From: Flectonema sp. DT1601
Taxonomy: Eukaryota
Assembly: GCA_964019425.1 (NCBI GenBank)
Contig: OZ025793.1
Coordinates: 1,364,001-1,428,000 of the forward strand
Direction: 5' to 3'
Length of the DNA: 64,000 bases
A program made the position numbers and the translations under genes. The notes beneath the pieces were generated by a model. That model made no database searches and had not been told where the DNA came from. It worked only from the letters and a program-made list of their open reading frames with translations. Shown piece after piece: positions 35,055 to 44,900 of this stretch (position 1 is the stretch's first letter; each line of letters starts with the position of its first letter).

Positions 35055-36437
35055 ATGTTTAGGAAGCTATTACCCGCTTTAAGTAAAGTTACGTACCGAC
35101 CGTTCAAAAACCAGATTCGATTCAAAATGGCATCTCCTGACAACAAGTACCTTCAGGAAAGGGGAGTGAATGATTTGATGCACAGGGCAGTGAAGCATCT
35201 CGGGGCAGCAAGACCAGACGGGATTGGTGCGTGGCTGGCGACGTACTTCAAGCAACCGGCTACGACGAATGTTGAGAATAACGATGCTGATGGCCAGTGG
35301 TTACTTGATAACAAGGTACCTGTAGCGATGGAACAGGCAACTGTCGCCCTTGTCGCTGCGAAGCCTGCGGACCCAGCCGCGTGGCTTCAGCAGTACTTCG
35401 AAAAGCAACTTTGTGATGGTGGAATTGGTGACATTGAAGAAGTGAAGCCAAAGATCTTCTGCAGAGGACCTATCCCATACGATGTTGAGGCTGGGAAGAA
35501 ATACTTTTGGTGTTCATGTGGATATTCTCAAAACCAGCCATTCTGTGATGGTTCTCACAATGCGATTAACAAACAATACGGTTCAAAGTTCTTTCCAAAA
35601 GCATTCACAGCAGAAGCTAAGGAAACGGTTCTCTTTTGCGGTTGTAGAAGAAGTGAGGAACCTCCAATCTGCGACAGCAGTCACATTGATATTGAAGGAG
35701 AAGGTGGTAGAGATCCTGTCGTATTCGACTTCAGCAAATACAACGTCGAGTCAGCGAAGCACTACAATCATGACACAGTTCACTTAACTCTGAAGATCAT
35801 CGGCGGCAAGATGCACAAAATGGATTCCTCGTACCATTTCTCAATTCGGGCCGAGGAAGGTGGAAAGTCCAGACCGTACACACCAATTGCGATTGACTTC
35901 GCCACTGGCACAGTTCAGTTTCTAATTAAAAGGATTGAAGGGGGTGCCGTCTCACCGAAATTGTTTGATTTAAAGTCTGGCGATCAAATCCAAATGAAAG
36001 GACCTTCACCGGGTGAGTTTGAGTGGGAGAAGTCGAAGTACGGAAGAATCTTTTTAATTGGTGGCGGTTCTGGACTTACTCCGCTCTTTCAAATTGTTGA
36101 TGCAGCGATTGCTGACGCGGACAAGACTGCGGAGTTCCATCTGCTGTACGGAAACAAGACTGCTGATGATATTTTGTGGAAGTCTGAAATGGATGCTTTA
36201 CAATCAAAGAACTCTTCAACTTTTAAGACAATCACACATTGCATTAGTCGAGGTGATCTTCCATCTGAACAAAACTTTATTAAAGGGAGAGTCACTAAAG
36301 AAGTCATCGCTTCGAAGACTAATTCAATTACTGACAAGGACTACGCTGTCATCTGTGGTTTACCTGAATTCAACATGGCTATGTCGAAGGCTTGCAATCA
36401 ATTAGGATTTAGTAAAGATAAGATCATTCAATGTTAA
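35055..36437 (+). CDS. Probable mitochondrial fusion: 2x Dpy-30/RIIa-like docking domain, 2x CDGSH [2Fe-2S] domain, FAD/NAD(P)H cytochrome-b5-reductase-like oxidoreductase
   Basis: WCSCGYSQNQPFCDGSH and FCGCRRSEEPPICDSSH; RPYTP, GGGSGLTP, ICGLP; two YL..V..L....L....P......WL..YF helical repeats; presequence MFRKLLPALSKVTYR. Confidence 0.85.
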   Translation: MFRKLLPALSKVTYRPFKNQIRFKMASPDNKYLQERGVNDLMHRAVKHLGAARPDGIGAWLATYFKQPATTNVENNDADGQWLLDNKVPVAMEQATVALVAAKPADPAAWLQQYFEKQLCDGGIGDIEEVKPKIFCRGPIPYDVEAGKKYFWCSCGYSQNQPFCDGSHNAINKQYGSKFFPKAFTAEAKETVLFCGCRRSEEPPICDSSHIDIEGEGGRDPVVFDFSKYNVESAKHYNHDTVHLTLKIIGGKMHKMDSSYHFSIRAEEGGKSRPYTPIAIDFATGTVQFLIKRIEGGAVSPKLFDLKSGDQIQMKGPSPGEFEWEKSKYGRIFLIGGGSGLTPLFQIVDAAIADADKTAEFHLLYGNKTADDILWKSEMDALQSKNSSTFKTITHCISRGDLPSEQNFIKGRVTKEVIASKTNSITDKDYAVICGLPEFNMAMSKACNQLGFSKDKIIQC

Positions 36438-36679
36438 TGATTACTACTTGTTAGTACTGATCTTCTTGTTTATGATATGAAGTACCACAGGCGGGAGGGA
36501 TGGAAGTCGTGTCGGTTCTGTCTTTCAATAGTTCTGAAGACTAGTGAAGGAGCTCACGGGTTCTTACTTACTACAAGATTTTTATTTCTTTTTGAAAACG
36601 CCTAAAGTTACTTTGTCTCCAGGGTTTTCATTTTTTCCAGCAACCTCATATGCTTAGCACCCTTAGCACACATGGTTTT

Positions 36680-36966
36680 GGTCCGGCGCAGTTATGACCC
36701 ATAAACTGACTGTCATCTTACCTGATCCTTTTGTTTTCATTTCTTGCTGAGTGATATGGCAATGTGCTGCCCAATTTTTGTGGTACTTTCGGTAAGCCCG
36801 CAGTACAATTATAGAGCTTTGGACAACTGGGAGTGACGGATCCTCGGTACTGTTCCGGGACTTCTTTCGTGGTATGTGGGCATATGGCACATATGGTCGT
36901 ATTATAAAGGAAGCTGCTGTATATGGAATAAAAAAGATTTTTTTTTTTTTTTTCACCTTCCCCCCC
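36680..36966 (+). repeat. ~290-nt structured dispersed repeat, copy B
   Basis: Matches 32135-32434. Confidence 0.9.
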
Positions 36967-37185
36967 TCATTTCTTTCTCCCCCCCCAGTCCCATTAAAAA
37001 GAAGTTATTCCCTTTTTATGTTTCCTGTTTTTGTAAAAGTGCCTTTTCTTTTGATATTAACAACTAAAAGTATTTTTTCATTCGTACTTAATACCTAACG
37101 TTGTTACCTTACGTTGTCAAAGTTTCATCGTCGCTCGCGGAATTTCTCTTTTGTTTTCATTAGTTTTTCAACCAATTAACAAACT

Positions 37186-37501
37186 CCGAAACCAACCACC
37201 ATTTGTTTGTTGTCCTACGAATTTTTGCGTTTGATTTTTTCGATTGACTGATGATTATTAATACTAACAAAACTAAGTAACTCTTGAAACTAGAGAAGGG
37301 CAAACGTGATGAGTAGGACAGGCCTGGCACCGCAGTGTCCCCCCTTGCTTTCTTCGCTGAAGAGGGCTGGGTAAGGGGAATGGTCCGAAGAAAGATTGTT
37401 TTTAATCTTAGCCCGAAACCAACTTGTTTGTTGTCCTACGAAATTTTGCCTTTTTTTTTTTTTTGATTGACTGATAATTATTAGTAGTAACTCTTGAAAC
37501 T
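37186..37501 (+). mobile_element. Retrozyme-like partial tandem repeat (period ~227 nt; direct repeats 37186-37291 and 37413-37501)
   Basis: ccgaaaccaac...ttgtttgttgtcctacgaa...gattgactgat...gtaactcttgaaact occurs twice and brackets hammerhead motifs; no ORF. Confidence 0.55.
37341..37421 (+). ncRNA. Hammerhead ribozyme core with non-canonical strand order; predicted cleavage after C37385
   Basis: CTGAAGA 37357-37363; stem I TTTCTTCG 37349-56 / CGAAGAAA 37386-93; stem II GGGCTGG 37364-70 / TTAGCCC 37408-14; GAAA 37415-18; stem III ACCA 37418-21 / TGGT 37381-84; GUC triplet 37383-85. Confidence 0.7.
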
Positions 37502-38928
37502 GATTTACGAGAAATTTGGAATAAACTCACTGACAAGGAGTTTAAGATTTATAGCCTGAAACTACCAGTGTTAAACGGAACAGCAGAACAATTCATTTAA
37601 TGTTTTTTTCACTACAATCTTATTTTCTCAACTTCTAACTAATGTCCCCCAATTGGTCGCGAAGAAGCGAAGTTCTTTGAAAAATTACTTTTTTCCCCCG
37701 TTGTTCTTATTTTTTGTTTCCTTTTTTTTTTTCTTTGCAAGTGATAATTTCATTTAAATGTAAAGTTTGAAACTTAATAAAATAAAATGAAACTTTTAAA
37801 GTAACTTGTCCCACTTGAGACAGCTTCCCGACGTCTTTTGATCGCCTTTGGTGAACATCAGCCAAGAGATTTGTCTCCAACGCTTTTAATTTTCCTTTTG
37901 TACCTACAAATGGAGAATCGTGACATGACTTTTGTTCCAGAGTAAAAAATATAAAAAGCAAAGTATTTTTTTTTTTTTTTTTTTTTAATGTTATGATGTA
38001 TACTACAACTATATTATAATATATTATTAACTTTCGAAGAGTTTCATTTGGTGACTTTTGAAATTCCTTGCGTGAGTGAGTGTCGCTTCCCAGTAGATTT
38101 TTCTTTTTTCAGTCATCTCATTTTCGTTAATATTTTTTCCACAAAACGTGCGACTGAAGGTTGGCTGGCACTCTGCCGTTACCTTCCAGAAATGCTTAAG
38201 TAGCTTGAGGTTACTTTTCTCCCGCCCGTTCTAGCGAACGTGGCGATAGTAATATGAAGGCTTCTGATTTTGAAAAATCTCTCTTTTTATTTTATTTTAT
38301 TTTTTATTTTTAATAATATTTTACAACTTTGAAAAAAAATAACATTTTGTCCTCCTTTTGAGAGGTTCCTTTTTTTCTTTTTTTTTTTTTTGTTCTAATT
38401 TTTTATAACAAAATTTAAACTCAACCCTCCTAAACGTTGTCTGCATTAGATTCTCTTCTGTAGACTCTCTGATGAGAATCAAACTGAGCTGTGGTACGTC
38501 ATCCCGTAGGTATCAGCCAGGCCTTCAGGATTTCAATAAATATTTTTTGTAGTAAAGGGCGTGCCGTCAGTTTGTTAGTTGACCCGAAATACGGATATTG
38601 CAGAGCGTGTCTCTCAACCATCCACACAAATATAAAATGATTGCTTTTAATTAAGAAGCAAGTTCAATGAAACGAGCTAGAGTCCGACTGCCATCTTCCC
38701 ATCTTACGACTTTTAATGCAAGAAGACTCCCTTGTCAGGGTGACACCCGGACAGGTGACTTGTTAATTTTCAACTAAATAATTATTTTGTGTTTAAATTA
38801 AATAACTTTCTCTACTTCACCAGCTGGCAGTAAACAAAATTATAAGAAATCGAAATAACAACAAAAACAAACCCAGTTAGCGATAGATTTCTGTTGTTAA
38901 GTTCTCTCCCACCAGTTGAATACAATTG

Positions 38929-39309
38929 ATGTCCCTGTTAGGAATTCATTGTACCCGCAGGATGATGTCAACAGGGTGTCGTATTTGGCACAATCCAAAA
39001 TGCTCAAAGTCTCGTCAAACATTAAAACTGCTTGAAGACCGCGGTATTGAACACACGGTGTATAAATATTTAGAGGAAAAACCCACCGCAGCTGATATCG
39101 AACAAGTCATTACGAAACTGGGGATTGAACCACGGCAGCTGTTGCGTAAGTCGGAAGCATCGTACAAGTCGCGTAATTTAGAAGACAAGAATTCTGACCT
39201 CATCACTGCGATGGTTTCTGATCCAATTCTAATTGAGAGGCCCATCGTAGTCACAACGGAAGCTGCGAGAGTTGGGAGGCCTCCAGAGCGAGTTCTCGAG
39301 ATTTTGTAA
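38929..39309 (+). CDS. arsC: Glutaredoxin-type arsenate reductase (ArsC family), bacterial-like, with short N-terminal extension
   Basis: IWHNPKCSKSR, PRQLLR, LIERPIVV, RVGRPPERVLEIL. Confidence 0.88.
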   Translation: MSLLGIHCTRRMMSTGCRIWHNPKCSKSRQTLKLLEDRGIEHTVYKYLEEKPTAADIEQVITKLGIEPRQLLRKSEASYKSRNLEDKNSDLITAMVSDPILIERPIVVTTEAARVGRPPERVLEIL

Positions 39310-39497
39310 TGTTGTGAAAGATTCAAGTGGGGTATCTAATCCTGTGATGAGACAGAACTTGGGAAGTAATTTATTTTAAGTTCATAACATGTAGTCGTTC
39401 GATAGTTCTACTAAACATTAGTTGTTGTAGTTTCTGATGGGAAGGTGTCTTGTGTTTTAATTTATTTATCTTCAACAGATCATTTTAAAACAAAGAG

Positions 39498-41198
39498 ATG
39501 GCTTCCCTTCGCAGCCGCACTCCTGTTCGTGATGACGGTCCAGCGACGCTACTCGACCCTTCCTGCCCGCAGTTAGAAAGAACTTTTCGGGGTCACAGAG
39601 GTATGGTACGCGGTGTGTCGTTCAGTCCAACAATGCAGCAATTATCAACTGGATCAGATGATGGATTAGTTATGGTTTGGAACTTTAAAACTAGCATGAG
39701 AGCGTATCGCTATATTGGACACAAGGCAGCAGTTAATGCGGTTACATTCTCTCCAACTGGTGACGTACTCGCTTCTGCATCGACTGATAAGACAGTAAAG
39801 CTTTGGATTCCAACAGTTCAAGGAGAGAGCACAACTATAAAAGGACACAGCGGGGCAGTGAGAAGCGTTTCGTTTTCACCCGATGGGAGAAAGATTTTGA
39901 CTGCCTCAGATGACAAAACTCTGAAGTTGTGGAGCGTAGCAACTCATCGATTTATTAACACTTTATCTGGGCACACTTCATGGGTTCGATCCTGTGCCAT
40001 TAGCCCTGATGGAAGGCTCGCAGCCTCTGGTGCTGATGATAAACAGCTAAAGTTGTGGGACTTGGAGAGGAGGAACTGCATCGCTACTTTTTACGATCAC
40101 CAGGCTGCTGTCAGTTCGGTCGCTTTTCACCCAGACGGTACCTGCATTGCTGCGGCTAGTCACGATTCTACAATAAAGCTGTGGGACCTTCGTATGAATC
40201 GCGAGTTACTTCAACACTACAACGCTCATGATGATCAGGTCAACAGCCTCTCATTTCACGTGTCTGGAGATTGGTTGCTCTCAACTAGCAACGATGCGAC
40301 TGTAAAGGTTTGGGATGTGAGAGAGGGCTATCTAGCGTACGTAGTGTCAGCACACAGTGGGGGGGTCTCAAGTGGGGAGTTTTCGCCAAACGGAGAATTC
40401 TTTGCGACTGGTGGATGTGATAACATGGTCATGGTTTGGAAATCCAATTTCGACAAACATGAACGTCTCCCACAGGCGCAGACTCAAACTCAAACTCAAA
40501 TACAACATTCCCAACAAACAGTAAGAAGAGGTCCCCCAGTTGATGTTACAAACCTTTCTCACAACTCGTCACGCGTTTCTAAATTGCAGAAGTCAGCGGA
40601 ACTGAAAACTCAAAAGCTCCCATCTCAACCGGCTCCTGAAGTGCCTTCTACTGGCAGGGTTGCCGAAAGGTTTGAAACTCAGGCATACAAACCACCAGCT
40701 CTCCCTCTTGAGATTGGTTCTGGTGCTGAGCTGAGCGATAAAATGGAACAAATCTTTCGACAACTCGATATCATATCCGGGACGATGCAGAGATTTCAGG
40801 AAAGAGTTGCATACTTAGAAGACAAAAGTTTGGAAACTCAACCAGCTGTTGTACAACCGACTATTGCAGCAATAGAAGCTAGACAGGATAAGTCCGATGC
40901 AGAGCTTCAGAATATCGCAGCGCTGCTACTCGAATCGAATAAAAAGAACGAGCAAGTGATCACACAGTTGGCGTCTACAATTCAGTCGATGCAACTTCAG
41001 ATGCAATCCTCTGATGCTGTTGCTCAACAAAAACCACAGCAACAGCAAATGGAAGTATCACCTGCTGCTGACACTACCGGAACTGAATTCCCTCGGGAGA
41101 CGACCGAGCCACGCGATTTGCAAGAGCAGTTACGTCTCTTACAAGAAGAAGAAAAAGCGCTTTGGGGGAAAGCTGAACAGGAAGCGTGTCCTCCGTAA
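39498..41198 (+). CDS. POC1: Centriolar/basal-body protein POC1 (7 WD40 repeats plus C-terminal POC1 coiled coil)
   Basis: PQLERTFRGH, VWNFK..MRAYRYIGH, LWIPTVQGEST, LLQHY; coiled coil MEQIFRQLDIISGTMQRFQERVAYLED. Confidence 0.93.
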   Translation: MASLRSRTPVRDDGPATLLDPSCPQLERTFRGHRGMVRGVSFSPTMQQLSTGSDDGLVMVWNFKTSMRAYRYIGHKAAVNAVTFSPTGDVLASASTDKTVKLWIPTVQGESTTIKGHSGAVRSVSFSPDGRKILTASDDKTLKLWSVATHRFINTLSGHTSWVRSCAISPDGRLAASGADDKQLKLWDLERRNCIATFYDHQAAVSSVAFHPDGTCIAAASHDSTIKLWDLRMNRELLQHYNAHDDQVNSLSFHVSGDWLLSTSNDATVKVWDVREGYLAYVVSAHSGGVSSGEFSPNGEFFATGGCDNMVMVWKSNFDKHERLPQAQTQTQTQIQHSQQTVRRGPPVDVTNLSHNSSRVSKLQKSAELKTQKLPSQPAPEVPSTGRVAERFETQAYKPPALPLEIGSGAELSDKMEQIFRQLDIISGTMQRFQERVAYLEDKSLETQPAVVQPTIAAIEARQDKSDAELQNIAALLLESNKKNEQVITQLASTIQSMQLQMQSSDAVAQQKPQQQQMEVSPAADTTGTEFPRETTEPRDLQEQLRLLQEEEKALWGKAEQEACPP

Positions 41199-41939
41199 AA
41201 AGATAGAAACTGCTCTGCTTGCAGTGAATTAATTAATTGATTTCTTTTATTTCTGCTACTCAACCACACGTTGAGTTTCCCATTAGAGTCCTATCCCTCC
41301 TTCCCCTTTCCAACTTCGCTATTTCATAAGTAGTTCCCACCCCCTTAGATAAAACAGTACGGTCAGTAGGCATCTTACATGATCACGGCCCCCTCCCATA
41401 CTAACAACTTCTTAGTTGTGCGGTCTCAGTCACCAAGAGAAGAGAATTGTGAGATTCAAACAGGAAAAAGAACCAACTGCAGTCCATTATTAGTACTGCG
41501 AAGGGTCGCTTTTATCGTTCGAATTTGTTTACAACAGCTGTGTGGCTGTGTGGTTAATTTTGGATTATTTTTTTTCTCTCTTTAGACTTTAGTTCGTCAC
41601 GAGAATTTAACATTCTATTGTTTCTGTAGTGACCACCACCCTCCATAGAGATCTTCGCAGTGTTAGTGAGTGCTATGTTTTCCTACAGACTGTAGAAATA
41701 GATTTTCTACTTTTTCTTAAAAAAGAATTTTTTATTTTTTATTCTCGTTTCTTTTGTTGAGTTCTGTTATCGGGTGCCGCAGAGTTGCTCAAGTGTAGCG
41801 TTTCACGCTGCGAGCAAGTGGAAGAGTACCTTGAGACGGAGTGACTTCAATTTCGCCGATCTAATTTATTTTGACGCTTCAGAGAGAAGTAACTACTACT
41901 CAACCTGTTGTTATTATTATTTCTTCAGTGTCATCACAG

Positions 41940-44900
41940 ATGGAAGAGTGGAGAGTTCCTTCATCAGGTCACCTGACGTGTGCCAATGACGGGATAGTAA
42001 TAAAAGTGCTCAACGGTGTGTCTGAATCTCTTCGTGTAAACGGCAATCGTTTGTCCACACGTGACGATGAGAGCATTCGTATAAAAGTGAAGAAGGGAGA
42101 CAAGTTGACTTCGACGAAGGAATGTTTGCTTGCCGTTAGTACAAAAACAGCAAAAGTAAAAAGAAGTTTGAAAAAGAAAAAAGTAGTGAAAAGGGTAGCA
42201 AGAGAAGAGTTGCCACAAACGATGGCGTCAACGCTGCTGGGCAAGTTGTTGAATGCGGTTCAGAGTAAGACGACAGCAACCGAGAAAACGCAGCAGGGAG
42301 AACTCTACGAGGCTGCTTTAGACCAGCTCGCTGATTCTCTCTTTGGACTCGACTTGGAAACTGTGGTTCAGTCGCTGACGGGTGACAGCTCTTCAAAAAT
42401 TGCAACGATATTTCTCCCTGAGGAGCAGAAGCCCAGCTACCCATTCCATGCTACTCCGCATGATGCGCTTTCGTTGTACCGAAGAGTTCCTCGTTCGGTA
42501 TTGAGCCTCCCTCTACCTCCTCATGTTTCGATGCAATTTGAACAAATCTTCAACTACTTCTCATCTGGAGCAGCTCTATTGTCGACATCACAAACAGCGC
42601 CAAACGTGTCAGCGAAGTTGGTTGTTGTGAAGGGAGACGAGGAGGGTTCAGAGAGGGGGGCATTCAAACCTGATTTTGGTAGCAAGCCTTTCTCTGCATT
42701 TGTTATTCAAGTCGATGGTTTAGCTGAGTGGGGAGGAAGTGAATTAGAGTCAGGTGATGTTTGTTACATTCCTGAAGTATGCGGCACGTTGGAAGTAACA
42801 TCAGTGCACGGATGCGCTTCGATCGTAGTTTCGTTTTGTTGGAACACAATCTCAGAGTTGGTGAAACCTGTTTGTAGTCAACTTACTGAGGGCGCGGATT
42901 GTTCCGTTTCTATGTCAGAACATTTATCAAATCTGTACAACTCTTGGGGAACCTTTCCAACTCAGTTTACTTCAGACCTACTCCGTCTATCTCGAGAATA
43001 CAATCACCATCGAGAGAGTTACTTGCGTATTAATCAACCAGTGGGGTCAGTGAGGAGCCCATTGCTTTCGGGGACGCTGCACGCGAAAATGGATTTTATT
43101 AACTTCCACCGTGTTGCCTGTGAAACTATTTCAAAACTTGAAAACAACGCTGACTGTGGCATCAATTACCAAAACCAAGCTGCGATTGGTACTGTTGCTG
43201 ATTTCACCGAGTACGGTGTTGCGGCATTCGAAATAGCTCACAAGGGGTCATCACTGACAAACATCTTATCAACTGTCATTTCACTGAGTGAACAAACACC
43301 TTTATCGGAGACTGATACTATAAAAGAAAGACACCCAAAGGGATTCTTCCCCGTTCATTATCGACTCAATAGACAAGACATGGGGCTCCACATGGACACT
43401 TCTCCTACATGCGCTGTTAGGATGTTTTTGGCAAATATTCTGAATGGGGGTGTTGGTCAGTTTCTTCAACATCACCTCGGTAGCAAGTCTCGTTTAGTTG
43501 AGCTTTCTTGTTTATTGTCACACCCGGGAGCGAAGGGTCAGCCACCGCACAGCGACTCGACAAGTAGATCATTAGATTCTTGCAGTCCTGCTCACTTAAT
43601 ATCTGTCTTCGTACCTCTTGTAGATGTGACTGAAGAAATGGGACCTCTGGAAGTGTGGCCGCGAACACATTCAATAGTTCAGCTTCTCCCAAACTCTCTC
43701 TCCCTCTTGCGCTCAAACACTATTCAAACTGGTGGATTTCGAGAGTTCTTCTCAGAAGCAGAAGAACAGCAAAACACAGATGACCTCCCCAAGTCTCCGC
43801 TCAGTAATATTTCCTTAACTAGTGTCTGTGCAACAGTGCCTAAGGGACACGCAGTTTGTATGGACAGCCGATTGTATCACAGAGGGTCTACAAACAGCAG
43901 CGATAAAACAAGACCTGTTTTCTATTTTACTTTTGCCTCAGAGGAAGGAGAATTACCTGAAGGATCAACTTATTCTTTATTAGAGAGCATGGAGGGGAAA
44001 GTTCTCTCTGATTTTTGGACTTCATCGAACAAGCACACCAAAGAGAAGCCATCTGAGGGATGTGAGCCTGCCGAAGTGATTTCTCTTTCTTCGGAGTTTA
44101 GTTCAGAAATCAGAAACCATCTTCATGATGGAAACACTCGATCGATAATCCAGAGACTCCCTCCTTGTACTGTTAGAGGTGCTAATCAACAACAAGAACG
44201 ATCTGAAGATACATTACACGACCACTTAGTAGATGTCCAGGAAATTCTAATTCAAGAACACGGACAAGCTGAGATGAACCGTTTAGCCTCAAAGTCTAAA
44301 AGCAAAAGGGGAAATATGAAAAAAGAAAATGGAATCTTAGCAGCACTTGAATGGATTAAAAACTCGACCGAAGAGATACGAGAAACTGCGGGGAGTCAAA
44401 TACAAAACGGGGAATGTTATTTAATACACAAACAACTAGCACTATCTCCATGTTCTGAAGCTGTTGCGCTGCGGGCTGATATATGCGGGGAGAGCGTGTG
44501 TGTGACAGTCGGCGATCATTTTGTTCACAAAATATGTGAGTCGTTGATGCTCTCAGAGTATCATTCTGTCAGTGCAACCTTTTGTATTATAAAACCTCTT
44601 TGCAGTTCGCACAACTTGGCATCAGAATGCTCTCCTCAGAAAGATGTTTTCATCATCCGTTGTACCTCAGATGGGTGTCTCAGTAAGTTAGCTGACTTGT
44701 TGCCACTCACACAAGCCCTTCGCCTTCAGCACCCGTCAGCAACTGCAATAATTTCGAATACCTCCGACTGCAACGATTCGATCTTTTTGACGATTAGTGC
44801 GGAAAAACGATGTTCGCTGCTTCCCATCAACTTTATGAGAAAAAGAGAGATTGATCCTTCGTATTTGAGAGACAACTCTCTCAAGGGTTGGAAATATTTT

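Noticed and set aside
36700..36720. Hairpin-ribozyme substrate-like TGACAGTCAGTTT on the minus strand
   Set aside because: No matching loop A (AGAA) and loop B (AGAAACA / GUAUAUUAC) strands were found on that strand.
36680..36966. SRP (7SL) RNA identity for the ~290-nt rod
   Set aside because: Length and rod shape fit, but I could not find the helix-8 GNRA / SRP54-binding motif or an Alu-domain UGU(NR) motif.
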